Positions 1-15,901 of a stretch of 64,000 nucleotides of DNA are shown in pieces. The DNA lies in assembly GCF_009914755.1 (NCBI RefSeq), contig NC_060933.1; one strand, written 5' to 3'. The notes beneath the pieces were generated by a model. That model had not been told where the DNA came from. It made no database searches and was given only the letters and a program-made list of their open reading frames with translations. A program made the translations under genes and the position numbers. Every line of letters begins with the position of its first letter. Within the stretch, counting starts at the first letter, position 1. This DNA comes from the human T2T-CHM13v2.0 reference genome, Homo sapiens.

Positions 1-40
1 GCAGTAAGTGGCAGAACATTTGCTCTGGACACTGGGATAA

Positions 41-391
<351 letters not shown>

Positions 392-1042
392 ATGTATGTG
401 TTTTTATGCCTAGCACTTCATAACAAATGCCAACATCTCTTCCTGCGGCCCTACCACAGAGGGAGCTGATCAGTTTCCCCTCCTGCCCAAAGGCAAAGCA
501 GCCACAGTGGAAGTGCCTGAGTCCTCCCTCACAGCCTTCTGTCTAGTGGTTATTCCCGCTTCAAGGCTAAGGAAGGGAAGGACCCGTTTTGCCTTCAAAG
601 GCTTTTTCCTTCCAGCCCTTGCTGTGCAGCCCGTTGTGTGTGGGAGGAACCATGAGAGGCCTGGATATTGTCAACAAAAGACTTGAACAAGCCAAAGAGC
701 TGATTATGTTGACAAGAAGGGGACCTTAACAAGGCAGATAATCAAAAGTTGATGACTGACAGCCCCTTTCGCATCCCTTCACCCTCTACTAAATCAGGTC
801 TCTTACATGATCTTGATGACAAATAATAAAAATTATAAACACATTACAGTTTTCACATGCATTTGTTCACTTCTCACAGCAAATATGAGATTTATCTAAG
901 GCTGAGCAGCTTATTACAGAAAAAAGTTTATGGGACTAGAACCTTAATTTTATGTAACAAAATTTATATAGAGCTTACCATGGATCATGTACTCTCCTAA
1001 ATAGTTCAAAACTTTCATTTTTAGAGAGATGGGTGTCTTGCA

Positions 1043-1331
<289 letters not shown>

Positions 1332-1341
1332 GTGGGGGAGC

Positions 1342-1449
1342 AGTCTTGCTATGTTACCCAGGCTGGTCTTGAACTCCTGGGTGCAAGCAATCCTTCCACC
1401 TCAGCCTTCTGAGTAGCAGGACTATGGGCCCATGCCACCAGGCCTGGCT
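1342..1449 (-). mobile_element. Alu monomer (FLAM-like)
   Basis: Single reverse-complement Alu arm, GTCTTGCTATGTTACCCAGGCTGG...CCTGGCT. Confidence 0.8.
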
Positions 1450-1469
1450 GTATCTCATAACTATTAACT

Positions 1470-1630
1470 CATCTACTTTTTCACCACCATGTGAAGTAGG
1501 CATTACTGTTATTCACATTTTTTAAGATGCAGAAACTGAGGCATGGTAATCAAGTATCTTACCCAAGGTTGTACAGCCAGCATGTGGTAGAACAGGCATC
1601 TTGAGCCCAGCCCCAGCATCTGTAACCACT
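1470..1630 (-). mobile_element. MIR fragment
   Basis: MIR core AGATGCAGAAACTGAGGC...CCCAAGGT. Confidence 0.7.
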
Positions 1631-3584
1631 TCGCAAAGTGGGCATCGCATGGGGACTACACTTGAAACTCTAGTTTGTTAGTCTGGTGCCCCTGCTTCCG
1701 CCTGCCTCCCTCAGTCTTTATGGCCCATTGGAAAAAGTAAGCCAGAGCTGTGGCTCCCAGGGTGACGATCCTTCAGCTGCATCCTTGGCACTGTCATTCC
1801 CTCCCCCCATCTCCCACCAAGGGCTACAGCCGAGAATACCACAGACGGTTTGCCATGGATCAAGATTTCTCTCAAGAAAGAGCTCACAGAAAGGCTGCTG
1901 TGAGAAAGGAAGTCACTTGCTACTCCCCTCATTCCTCCATCAGGAGGAGCTAGATGAGGTCACTGTACATTTGAGTGGGTGCTATCAAAGCACAGCCTCT
2001 GGCCAGCGTGGAGGCAAATGTGGGCTGTGTGGCCCGTGACTCAGTGGCTGAAAGGAAACCTGAGGTGTTAGGTGATGGAACTGATTGAAATAAAACTTCT
2101 GTAGGAATGCTGCATGCCATTCATTCAACAGTGCTCCCTGACCAGGGCCCAGGGCTGTGCATATGAGCTGCAAATGGGTTTGTTCATTCATTTACATATC
2201 TATTTGCTTATTTATTCAATAAATTCTGATTATGCCCCTAAGAGGCACTGTGCTAGATATCAAGGAAGAACAAGACAAAATCCCTTCTCCACAAGGGCTC
2301 CCGGTCTAGAGAGGGGAGGAGGAAGGGAGATCCACAGTGATTTGTATCATATGCTGAGGAAAGAGAGTCATTTACTATCACCGTTTGACATCCTCACCCC
2401 CAGTGCGGTCCTTCTCTTTGTCTCTCCATGCTGGGAGTGGGCAGTCCCTGCTCTGCTGCCCTTCAGACACAGCTCTCTTCCCTCAAGCTGCCCTCTGCCT
2501 GGATCCCACCTTCCTTGTGAGCTGGAGTATTTGCTTGTGGGAGTCTTGACTCTCCTTCCCTGTCAGTCACTGTTTGGCTGCAGGCAGTGACAGTGGTGGC
2601 AATAAAGCAGCAGAGAGGAGGCTTTGGTATCAGAGCAGGGACTCACGGGTGGGATGGGACGGGGATGGTTTTATGTTTGCCCCACTGTGTTCTCTGTGCT
2701 GCTCTGCCCAGGGAGGCTGACCTCTGCAGACTGTGTCACATGGGCCCCCTGATCTCTCGGCCAATAGAGTTCCCGGCTGAGAAGGGGGAGAGAGGAGTCA
2801 GGGTATTTGTTTCCTCCATTCCCTGTCAGCCCCCCTTTTTGCCTGCTTGAAGCTCTGCTGGTGGTTGTGTTTCCTCCTTGGTCACAGTTTTGCTGAGTGG
2901 CCTCTCTCCTGTGTCCCGTGAGCCCAGTTGGCATGGGCTTTGGTAGAGATATTTCTATCCTGGTGCCACACTAGCCCTTATTAGTTTTCTTCATCTGGTC
3001 TATGCCTTTAGAAACTGCCACATCACTAAACCCTTCAGTGAAACCCTCTCGAATGTGTCATTTATTTTCTGTTGCCACCCTGACTGGCTCACCTGGGTGC
3101 AGAGGAGGTGGGGACAGAGCAGGTTGGGGCTCCAGTTCAGCTTTGTTATCCCTCTTTTTCAGGGTTTCCCAGAGGAAGAGAGAGAATTTGGACAAATGAA
3201 TGAGGAACAATGCTCTCCTGAGAGTTTCTTTAAGGGGCGAGGGTCACTGCCACTAGCTCCTTTGAAAGCAGAATTAAGAGGCAGTGCAGGAAGGCACAGC
3301 AGGAAGGCTTATGGTTAGACTACAGAGAAGGAAACAGCCACTGCTGGGGACCTACCCTGTGCTGGTCACTGACAAGCTGTCTCATTAAACCTTCCCAGAC
3401 CCTCAACCCCTCCTAGTATCTTATCCTCATTTTACAGATGAGAAGACTGTGGCCCAGAGAGGTAAAGATCTGGGGAGCAGGATGGGAGCTTCACTTTGTC
3501 TCAGTTGCTCTGGCAAAGAGAAGCCTCACCTTGTGATCAAGGGATTGGGAGGGTGACAGATAAATTTTGGCTTAAGTGTCAGCA

Positions 3585-3805
3585 TAGCACTGGGAATCTG
3601 GAGCTAGATGGCACTGGCTTGACTCCTTGGATCTGCCTCTTACTGGCTGTGTGATACTGGGCATGCCTCTGTTTCCCCATCTATAAAAATGGGGCTAATG
3701 ATAACAACACCTGCCTTACAGGTTGTGTAGAAGGTTGAATTTGTAGTTGTGAGGTGCCCAGGAACAGTGCTGGCACACAGTGAGCACCATACACAAGTGT
3801 TAAAG
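3585..3805 (+). mobile_element. MIR
   Basis: CTTACTGGCTGTGTGA...TTTCCCCATCTATAAAAATGGG...AACAGTGCTGGCACACAGTGAGCAC. Confidence 0.75.
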
Positions 3806-5939
3806 AATGGAGCCTCCAAGCTCTCTCCTTATTTTCCACCCCCTGCCCTCTTCTCATTGCCCACCTCCCCTGCCTTCTCCTCACCATCCTGAAAAAGGGT
3901 GAACAGCCACCCAGGAGCCCCTGAACGGGCATGTTGGTCCCAGGCCCTTTGTGAGCATGCTTTTCCCTGCCCTGCCCCCTGTCATCACCATTCTGGATGG
4001 AGCAGCAAGGACGGAGACACTTAGTTGGGCTGTCCACTCCAGGTCCAATGCCAGTGGGATCAGCTTTGATGGGATGCACACAGACTGACCTCTTCTCCCC
4101 AGCCCCTTCAACTTCCCAGAGCTGCAGGGGGCCTGGGAGTTCTTGGTAACAGCACATTAAACCTCTGTTTGTGGGAACTTTAATTTAAACACAAATCAGA
4201 GATGGCAAATGACTCTGGCAGCCAGATAAGCCATCCCGGGAGAGCAAGGAGAAAGCCAAGAGAATCAGCCCAGATGAGGCCTGACTTTAAACTACTGGTG
4301 ATACCCAGAAGCCTGGGACAGATGAAATCTAGGGGTCCTGAATGAAGAACCCCAGAAGCTCCACACCCCAGTTGTCCTTGCTCTGGGCTCTATGCCAGCT
4401 CCCTCTCCTGTGTTCTCTATATTTCTATCTTTTTGCAAAATTCTAACCTGATTCTTTGGCTCCATCCCTCCCACCCCCACCCCACTGTTTTAGAGAATGC
4501 ACTTTCTTTACTTTGCTTCTCATCTTCTTCTGTGACCTACTATTCTGAGAAAGTTCTACTTGTTACCTAACCTCCATCTATGCTACTACCTTTAGAGTCT
4601 AATACATCCTGCTTAGTGGTAGCTCTGGGAGTTTCTGTTCATGTGGCAAATGTGGTGTAGTAAAAACAACCTGAAAAAGACCTGGGTGAACTTCTCTGCA
4701 TCTCAGTTTCCTCATCTGTATGATGAGTGTGTGAGAAAGAATCTCTAAGGACTTGTAAACTCTGACTTCTCACAGAGAATCTGAGGACAAGGACATCCCA
4801 GGAAATCTCTATTGTTCTGGAACCCATGAATTTTCCACTGTTCTACTGTTTGGGAGTGAGCGTGGGGAGAGCAGTCAAGCCTGTTGATTCCTTTCTGGAA
4901 GGGGTCTACAGGCTTTGCTTCCACCCCTCCGCCCACAACCCAGGCTTAGGCCAGGCCCAGGCCCAGGAGAGAGGATGCCTTTTCAGTTCTGTCAAGGCCT
5001 GCTGAGCCCAGCTCTGTGGGGCTGTGGCTGCTAAGATGTTGTCTCCATCCTCTGGGGTAGGAGCAACATATGTTCCCTCTGTCACAGCACCTGTGAGGGT
5101 GGCAGAGGGATGGCAACCCCCAAGAGGGCAGAGTTCCATCTCTCCAACTGACTTTGAAGCATCTTTTTATCCTGCTTTTCTGGGAGGCTTAAAGTGAAGG
5201 CGGAGGGAGATATCACACAGTCCCAAAGCCCCCACTAAATGGGGAGCTACTGTCTTTCATCTTTCATGCAGGGTAAAAGAAGACACCTTGGCTACAGCAA
5301 GAGGAAAGAAGGTCAAACCACAGGCAGAACTTTCAGGTTGAATGTTAGAGCAGACTGTGATCCCAAGAGATCATCCAAGACCCTTGGTCTCAGAGGATGC
5401 CTATGAGGCCCTGGTCCCTGGCTGGGGTGGGAACAATAATCTCAACAGCCCCATGCTAGACTGACTTGGGAGTCAGAAGGTCCCTGGGACTAGAATAGAA
5501 GGACTTTGGCATTTTCCCTGGCCTAGGGCCCTTAGACAGAAGTGGGCAGCTGCCATCAGGAGCCTGGGGCCCAGCTGTGTCCACACCTTGCCCGCCTCCC
5601 CCCTCCTGAGTGCCTGGCTGCCCCTGGAGCCCCAGGCTTGCCTGCCATCTGGGCAGCTCAGAGGAGAGCCCACTGCCAAGGGAGTGCCAGCGTTGATTTA
5701 TGGCCCACAACCTTGGCAGGCTCAGGCTGTGTGCCCGAACTGCCTTTGCTCAGGGAAGAGATGCTCCTCTTAAAGGGACAGTGCAGAGGAATGCAGGAAA
5801 GTCCAGGACGAAAGCTTGGCAGGGGGCTGGCAAAAAAGACCTCCACCCATCAGCACTCTGGGTGACTGTCACTCCCTAGGGAAACTTCTCCCTAGGGAAC
5901 CACCCATCATACATGTTATCATACCCTATCCTTTGTAGA

Positions 5940-6125
5940 CTTGGCCCAACTGTAACATATTAATATGTTTACTGTCAGTCTCTCCCACTGGACTGTAATC
6001 TCTAGGAGGGTAGGAACCAGACCCATTGTGCTCATTCCTGAATATTCAGCACCAAACACAGTGCCTGGCGCCTAATAAGATCTCAGTAAGAATTTGTCAA
6101 GTGTAGGAAAGAATGAATAAATGAA
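5940..6125 (+). mobile_element. L2 3' end
   Basis: GACTGTAATCTC...CAGTGCCTGGC...GAATGAATAAATGAA L2 tail. Confidence 0.7.
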
Positions 6126-6435
6126 GGTCCTTGTCCATGAGGTGGAGGGAAGCCCACGTGTCTTCTTAGTGCCTGCCATGGTTTCCGAGACCCTGCGGCA
6201 TCTGCTGCTACCCCCAGGATCTCTCCCTCCAGGACCCTTCCTCACCCCTGTCATATCAACCCAGGACCAATGGGGCCAATCTTATCTGGATACCCTTGCC
6301 TTCCCACTTTCCTTGAGTCACCTTTCTTAAGTCCTTCACACAATGTTCTTTTCCTCCAATTTTCCTTCCTCCAAGATACTTTCTCAGATTACCTACAGCC
6401 TCAGTCCTGGATTCAGATACTCTTTCAGATAATCT

Positions 6436-6754
6436 TTTATTTTTTTATTTTTATTTTTATTTTTTATTTTTCTTGAGACAGAGGCTCCCTCTGTCACCCA
6501 GGTGGAAGTGCAGTGGCAGTCTTGGATCACTGCCACCTGTGTCTCCCAGGTTCAAGTGATTCTCCTGCCTCAGCCTCCAGAGTAGCTGGGATTACAGGCT
6601 TGTGCCACCATGCCCAGCTAATTTTTGTATTTTTAGTAGAGACGAGGTTTCATCACATTGGCCAGGCTGGTCTCGAACTCCCGACCTCAAATGATCTGCC
6701 CCCCTCAGCCTCCCAAAGTGGTGGGATTACAGGCATGAGCCACTGTGACTGGCC
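6436..6754 (-). mobile_element. AluSx-like
   Basis: (TTTTTA)n tail plus a full reverse-complement Alu. Confidence 0.95.
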
Positions 6755-6989
6755 TATCCAGCAATATTTACTGAGTATCTACTATGCACTGGGCACAGGT
6801 TGCCAAGAATTCATGAATAAATGGAACAGGCATAATCCCTGAACTCAAGGACCATACATTTCAGAGAGTGAAACAGACAAAAAAATAAGTAAGCAAGTTA
6901 GCAAATAGATACATGCAATTTTGAGACCTGTTGTGAAGTGGGTAATCACAGACAGGGTGGAGCAGGGACCCTTTAAATTGGGTGGTCAG

Positions 6990-7533
<544 letters not shown>

Positions 7534-7587
7534 CTAATGTGGGAGGACCACTGCTTAAAATCTTTGGAGAAGCAGCCCTGGCCTTAC

Positions 7588-7704
7588 CTGGAAGCTGGTT
7601 AGAAAACAGAGCTCAGGTGCCACCCCAGATCTACTGAGTCAGAATCTGCATTTTAACCAGGTCCCAGGTCATTTGTATGCACAGTGGTGTTTGAGAAGCA
7701 GTGT
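7588..7704. mobile_element. MER5-type hAT DNA transposon fragment
   Basis: CCCCAGATCTACTGAGTCAGAATCTGCATTTTAAC...TTTGAGAAGCAGTG. Confidence 0.7.
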
Positions 7705-8584
7705 TTCAGGAAATACCTCACAGGAGGGATGGAGTGTGAGGACATCAGATGATGTGAGGTGGGTGGGGTTGGGGGGTTGGTTGCTGAAGAGTGGATTTGA
7801 ATCAGAGATGGGGGTCTGAGTGTGTATATGTGCCTCTGTGTGTGTGTTCCTCCAGCCCTAATGACTGTGGGCTATATGAGGATGTGCATCTCCAAGCGCT
7901 TTTCCTTCCATGGGTGTGGAGTACCAGGGGATACATCTTTATCCCACTGTGACAATGCCCCCACTTCCACCTACAGCTGTGAGTCAAACAGAATCTGCCA
8001 ACCTCTGGGCGGTGGGAGCATCTCGGAAGCAAGGCAAGGCAAGGAGATCCCTTGTTCCTGACCTCCGGCAATCCATTTTATTTGACCCGAGTCTCGTAAA
8101 GGAGTCCTGATGAGCCCCATCGCTTGCTAATGGTTATGAGCCGAGACCTGGGGATTTATGGCTGAGGCCTCCGTGGCCACGAACAGGAGTAGGGCTACGC
8201 AAAGGAGGCCAGGCTGTGCATGGCTTCAGTTCATGGAGGCCTGTACCCAGAACCACCGCGGAGACTACCACACCCCCACCTCCAAATCTGGGGCAAAGAA
8301 CATTGCCCTGGGTGGGGGAAGCTGGGCTAAGGAGAAAAAAGACCTCTGGCTGGAGATGTCCAGGGATGAAGGGTGAGTGTCTGGGAAACTGGTCTGACTT
8401 GGCTGGGTGGGGTGTAGGGGGAGATACTGGAGAAGTGAGTGGAAAGGGCACTGGAATTGGAGCCAGTCAAACTGGGGTTCAAATCCTGGATCTGTTTTGC
8501 ACCCGTGTATGACACTGGACAAATCATGGCTCTCCCTGAGCCTCATTTTTCTCATCTGTAGATGGGAATTGTGACGCTATCTCA

Positions 8585-8875
<291 letters not shown>

Positions 8876-8935
8876 GAGAATTAAATGAGATAATGTTTGT
8901 GAAAAGCACTTCGAATACCAATTGTATATATTTAA

Positions 8936-9365
<430 letters not shown>

Positions 9366-9788
9366 TAGTTGCCCCACAGATACTAAGAGGGGACACAGTG
9401 CTCTTTTGGTTGCCTCCAGCTCTGATGTTTTGTAGTTCTAACGAGGAGTCCTTATTTGGAAATGGAACTTTGGAATGGTTTGGATCTCATTCTGGCCATA
9501 GAGAGGGCATCATTGCAACTGTGGCTTCAGGGCCAATGTGCGGTTAGGGGGGCTGAGTCAGAACAGCCCCCTCTTCCTCGATAGTGCCATCCTGTGAGTA
9601 TAACCCCTGTATGGGTGTTGGACACAGTGTTGGGGAAGACTGTGCAACAGGGGTAAGTAGGAAAGGCCCTGTGGTAGGGGGTTAGCTGGGTATCCATGGA
9701 AATGCCTGAACTACTCATGCCTTTTGCACAAGTAGGTCTTCAAATAATCTCTTCTGCTTCCCTCTTTCCCACTCTTTCCCTGTCTAAG

Positions 9789-9818
9789 GTGTGTGGTGGT
9801 GGTGGTGGTGGTGGTGGT

Positions 9819-9857
<39 letters not shown>
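9789..9857. repeat. (GGT)n-(GT)n compound microsatellite
   Basis: Directly visible. Confidence 0.95.
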
Positions 9858-9858
<1 letters not shown>

Positions 9859-10819
9859 TAACCTGATTGGGAGAGTAAGCCAAATGGAGTGAAGTGGAGA
9901 AACATCCCCAAAAGTCCCAGGTAGAGACCTAAGGATTCCTAAATCACAGTGCAGAACAGGGTCCTCTACCCTTTTCCCATTCTGGGAACATCCTGAAGCC
10001 AGTCATTGTGGGAGAGAGACATGATCCCCAACCCAGCCTCACAGACCCCACCCTTCTTCCACGCTTTGCCCTACCCTCCTTTCTTGTGCTTGTATCCTAA
10101 CCTTAAGCCCTAGAGACTTCTAGGTACCCAGAGAGCAGCCTATTCAGTGATGTTTACTGAGCGCATGTTATGTGCCTTGCACTGGGCCTGGAGCAAGGGC
10201 TAAGGAGTGAAATTAGACCTGATCCCTGTCCTGAAGATGTCACAGCTGAGTAGGCAGAAAGACTTTAAACAGATAATGGCAACACGATGTGCTAAGGAAC
10301 ATCAATGTACAAGATAACAGGTAGTCTGTATTTATGGGAGAGGGAGGCATAAAAGAAGATGCTTCAGCTGCTTTCTAAACATGTTTGTCGTGGAACATTG
10401 AAAACATATGAAAACAGAGCAGTATAGTGTCCTCATCATGCAACTGCAACAATGGTCACACCAGGATCTTGGCGTGTCTATACTCCCACCCACGTTCCAT
10501 ACCCCACTGCACCATTACTTGGGGTGGAACTGGGTTGGTTTTGAAAGAGGAACAGCAATTCCCCAAGTAGAAAGTGCTGGAGGGAAAAGTTTGCAGGCAG
10601 AGGGGATGCTGTGCTCAGAAGCTTGAGCAGTGCCTGATGCTGGTACATCAAACCGAAGCTGAAGGAGTGGGACAAGATGCTTTGGCCCCCGTGCATTCTG
10701 GCCCTAATGCATCTGTCACACAGCATGCCCTGTGGCTCCTTTTGGAACTCGGGTCTCCAGGCAAGTCTTCGGAAGAGCCAGGTTAGCGCAGAGCCAGCCC
10801 TTTGAGTGCAGGGAGTGAG

Positions 10820-11860
10820 GAGGCACCGCTAAGACGGCGGGCCTTGGCTGGGCGTCCGCGGGGCTTTGGTGGGCCTAGAGCGCTAGGGACTAGCACGCAC
10901 CAGCACTAAGGGGCAAAGCGGGCGCAGTCAGGCCCTCCACCCCGCGTCGGCACGCGGTCTTAAATATTACCCCGGAGTTTTCAATTATCTCTCCTTAATG
11001 GATTTGCAGGGGCTCTTTCATCAAGCGCGGGGTGGCTGGGTGTGGGGGTGCGGGGAGCGCGCGGCGAGGGCTGGAGCTGGGAAAATGGCCCATATTTCAA
11101 TATTAAAGCCCTTTACGATCGTCAGCAGCATGAAAGATGCTGCAAATTAAACGGAGCCGCCCGCGCCAGCCTCTCCATCTCGCAAGTTTTAATTAACGCT
11201 GAGGGGGAGGCGGCTGACGGGCGGGTCGGAGCCGGGCCAGCGGCGGATCTGGGAGCCTGCGGATCCCAGATTCCGAACTGGAGCGTCAGGGATCTAGCGG
11301 GCCAGGCCAGGCGGAGGCGGAGGGTGGTGGGCTCCGAGTCCCGGGCGAGGGCGCGGAAGATGCCCGTGGAGATGGGCAAGGCTGAGGGGTGGGGGACAGG
11401 TTGGAAGGTCTCTGAGCATCTGACCGGGAAACAAAACTCTGCAACTGAATGCAGGAAGCTTTGTTCTTAAAGGTGAGGGGGCTTGTGGCCAAATCATCGA
11501 GCTCTTCATCCCCAGGCTCCTTCAGCGCGCGTCCTTCTGCCTCTCTTCTTTCGACCAGCACTTCCCCCAAACGCTCCCCCGCGTTGATTCCCGGTCCCCT
11601 CCCACCTCATCCTGTGGCTCCTTGTTTCGGGACGCAGTTGTGCTTCTGTGACCCCGCGGCTCCTGTTCTGGGACGTCTGCTTTCTCCATCACTCCCTGGC
11701 TTCCCGGGCGGGCCCCATCCTCCTGAGCGGAGCGGAGCAGCGCGCACAGAAGCGCCACTGTTCTGCCTTGGCAGGGCCTGGCCCGACAGCTTGTGCCTGC
11801 GCAGCAGACCCATCCGTCAGGCGGGAAGGATGGAGCGACGTCCGGCTGCCCGCTCTGAGG
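10820..11860. promoter_or_regulatory. CpG island with embedded AT-rich homeodomain-site block
   Basis: High CpG density and no TE. TTAATGGAT 10995-11003, TTTACGA 11112-11118, TTAATTAA 11189-11196. Confidence 0.75.
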
Positions 11861-12691
11861 ACTCCCCAGGGAGACACATCTGGCCTTGGCCCAGACTCCT
11901 CTCTTCCCTTCTCCCAACCCGCCAACCCTTCCCCCAAATACCAGCTCAGTATATACTTCTGTCTCTCCTCCTTTCCTTGCTTCTCCTCCTCCCTCCCATA
12001 CACATGCAGCCTGGGGCCTGGGGCCCAGGAGAGCTACTCCTCTCATGGGTCACACTGAGAAGTCCTTCCTCCACCTGCATCCACATGGCAGGGCATAACT
12101 CTAAAGCTTAAAAAGATCCAGCGATCTCAGTGGACCACAATCCAAAGCTAAGTCAGCCAATCAACACTCAAGGGCTTAAATCAAGGACTTTGGGCAAACC
12201 CTATAGAGTGGAGGAATTAGAAAAATAATACAAATAAAAGACATGGTCATTATTCCTGGGTATTTACAGATACTTCTTTGTGCTTCCTGAAATGTTTTGC
12301 AGAAATCACATTCTCCTCTCATTGTGCTACACAGCTTGTAAGCACCAAGACAAGAAATTCTATGATAAAGCAAAAAGAAAAGAAAAGAAAAAAATCCTCT
12401 TCTACTTTCTTCTTGGTGTGTATTTTTTCTTGTCAATTTCTGATAATCTATCAAGCCTACTTAAAATAGTGCCTGCTTATGCAGTATGGTTAGGATGATG
12501 AACACACTTAAACAGGATAGGGAATAAGTACAAACTACAAGTGCTGTGGGGATGCAGAGTAATAGGACAAGTGGTGAAAATTAAAACATTTTTGGCTTAA
12601 TCAAGGAGTACTTCCTGGAAGAGGGGAGACCTGATTTGGAAGGAGAGGTGATATAAACTTGAAAAGAAAGTTCCAGATGTGGAAACACTGG

Positions 12692-12999
12692 TTTTATTCT
12701 TTATTTTTATTTTGAGACAGGATCGTACTCTGTCATCCAAGTTGGAGTGCAGTGGCACGATCTTGGCTCACTGCAACCTCCACTTCCCGGGATCAAATGA
12801 TCCTCTGCCTCAGCCTCCTGAGTAGCTGGGACTACAGGTGTGTGCCACCACACCCAGCTAATTTTTTTGCTTTTTTTGTAGAGATGGGGTTTTGCCATAT
12901 TGCTCCAGCTGGTCTTGAACTCCTGGACTCAGGCGATTCCCCTGCTGCCTTGGCCTTCTAAAATGCTGGGATTATAGGCATGAGCCACCACACCTGGCT
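12692..12999 (-). mobile_element. AluJ
   Basis: Reverse-complement Alu with J-type residues; TSD AACACTGGTT / AACACCGGTT. Confidence 0.9.
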
Positions 13000-13414
13000 A
13001 ACACCGGTTCTAAAATTAGGCAGAATCTATATTTTACTTCAGGTTGAGGAGCAGATAATCTTGGCTATATTTTCCCTGACAATACAGTAAGATGAAAGAA
13101 ACCTTGTGCAATAGCAGGAAGAATTCAGGGTAGACAGTGGGATCTTGGCTAATGCTGGAGACTAAAGTGAATGGAGAGAGACCCTGAAGCACCCTTCTCC
13201 CATACTTGGCTATGGGCTATGGGAGGGATGCCTGGACTCTGAGACTTGGCCACCATGTTGTGTTTTGCCATAGAAGATTTGGACATGAAGTTGAATAAGG
13301 CAGGAACGACCTCACAGCATCAACCACAACCCCCAATGTGGCTGGAGAAGGAGGGAGAGAGGGCAAAGAATATCTTCCTCTTACTCAGATTGTAAGTGGA
13401 GAAACTGAAGTCCA

Positions 13415-13760
13415 TTCACTCAAATCCATAAGTGTCTACTGAGCACCTCCTATGTGGCAAGCACTATATAGGCCCTAAGGATCCAGAGATGATCAGGGCA
13501 TGGTCCCTGTCAACATGGTGCTCACAGTCTAGTGGGAAATAGAGTTCACTCATCATTCTATCATTCAATCAAAAACAAAAAGTATTGAGCACTTACTCTG
13601 AGCCAGGCAGAGTTGCAGGTGCTGGAGATGCAACTGTGAACAAGACAGACCCAATCCCTGCCCCATCAGAGAGTACTACCTGGTGCAGAAGACACATACA
13701 TAAACAGGCAGCTATAATTCAGGGTGATGTATGCTATGAAGGGGAAAGGACAGTTGCCAT
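13415..13760 (-). mobile_element. L2 fragments
   Basis: CATTCACTCA...TACTGAGCACCT...CTCACAGTCTAGTGGG, followed by a second similar L2 3' end. Confidence 0.65.
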
Positions 13761-14654
13761 GGGGTGGCATATCCATAGATATGCCATAGATCCATAGGTT
13801 CCCATGAGGGGATCTATCCGAGTCTGTGAAAGGGGATGTGAGGATGATGTGGAAGAAGCAACACCAAATCTGATCTGCTCACAAGGTGCGCAGAAGTCAA
13901 GTGTGGGATGGCATGGGGAGGGTGTCCTGGGCCGAGGGTTTGTGTTCCTTTTCAGCATCTTACTAGGAGCTTGTGGCCAAATCAGGCCCAGGCAGAGCTT
14001 CTTCCCTCTAGTCACAGGATAGCACTGGCCTGCACCAACACAGTTCTTCCAACACCAGCAGGGGAAACCAGATGATAATCCTAACAGAGCCAGACCAAGG
14101 AATGAGGTTATCAGTTTTCCTTTTTCTGCTGGGAAGTTTCTGCCTTGGGGCTAGGCTATGTAGGGGGAGGCTGGGAGGTGGGAGGGCACTGTGGAGGATC
14201 TTACTCTTTCCACCCTCCTCTCACTGATCCTAGTTTTGAACAAGAAACAGGTGATCTGTTTCTCTAGTTGCAGCTGAATAGAAACCAGGACAAGAAAGTG
14301 TTGTCCTCCCCAGACACGTTTCTGTCTCCTGGGTCCTAACCAGCTGCCTACTTGAGCCATCTGACTTCAATCCACAGGGCCTCCCAGGAGCTGAATCCAG
14401 AAGGGCAAGAACAAATTAGCAAAGCAGGAAAGGGCATTCAGAAGAGAACAGCATGGGCAAAGGTCCCAAGGCCAGAGGACTTGGAAACTGCAAGTCCCTC
14501 AGTGTAGAGATGAGTCTGTAGAGGAGGTTGACACAAGCTTGTGAAAGACCCAGTATGCCAGGCTAAGGGGGTGGGAACAGTGAGGGACACTGAGGGTTTT
14601 ATGGCTTAAATTTTGACAAGTGTATCTACATATAGACAACTAATGTAACACTCC

Positions 14655-15250
<596 letters not shown>

Positions 15251-15570
15251 ATAAAGTAACACTCTTGAACTCACTATCCAGACTTGAGGTTTTGTTAAGT
15301 TACTGTTAAAATTTTGTCAATTTTGCTCTTGAGTTTTCAAAATAAACAGGTCATTACAGATAAAGTTGAAGTTCCCTTTGTCCCTTCCCCAGTACCGTTC
15401 CCCTCCCTTTCAGAAGCACCACCATCATATATTTTTTCTATTTTTATCATAGATATATATCCATGGATAACATTATAAGGCTTCAGTGCATTTTAAAAAG
15501 AGGTCCAATGGTTATGATATAATTTATAACTTTAGTTTTCCATCGCACATTTTTAAAAAAGTCTTTATTT

Positions 15571-15901
<331 letters not shown>

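Noticed and set aside
11449-12111. 220-aa ORF in the CpG island
   Set aside because: Low-complexity Pro/Ser/Leu content, expected from stop-codon depletion in GC-rich DNA; no recognisable domain.
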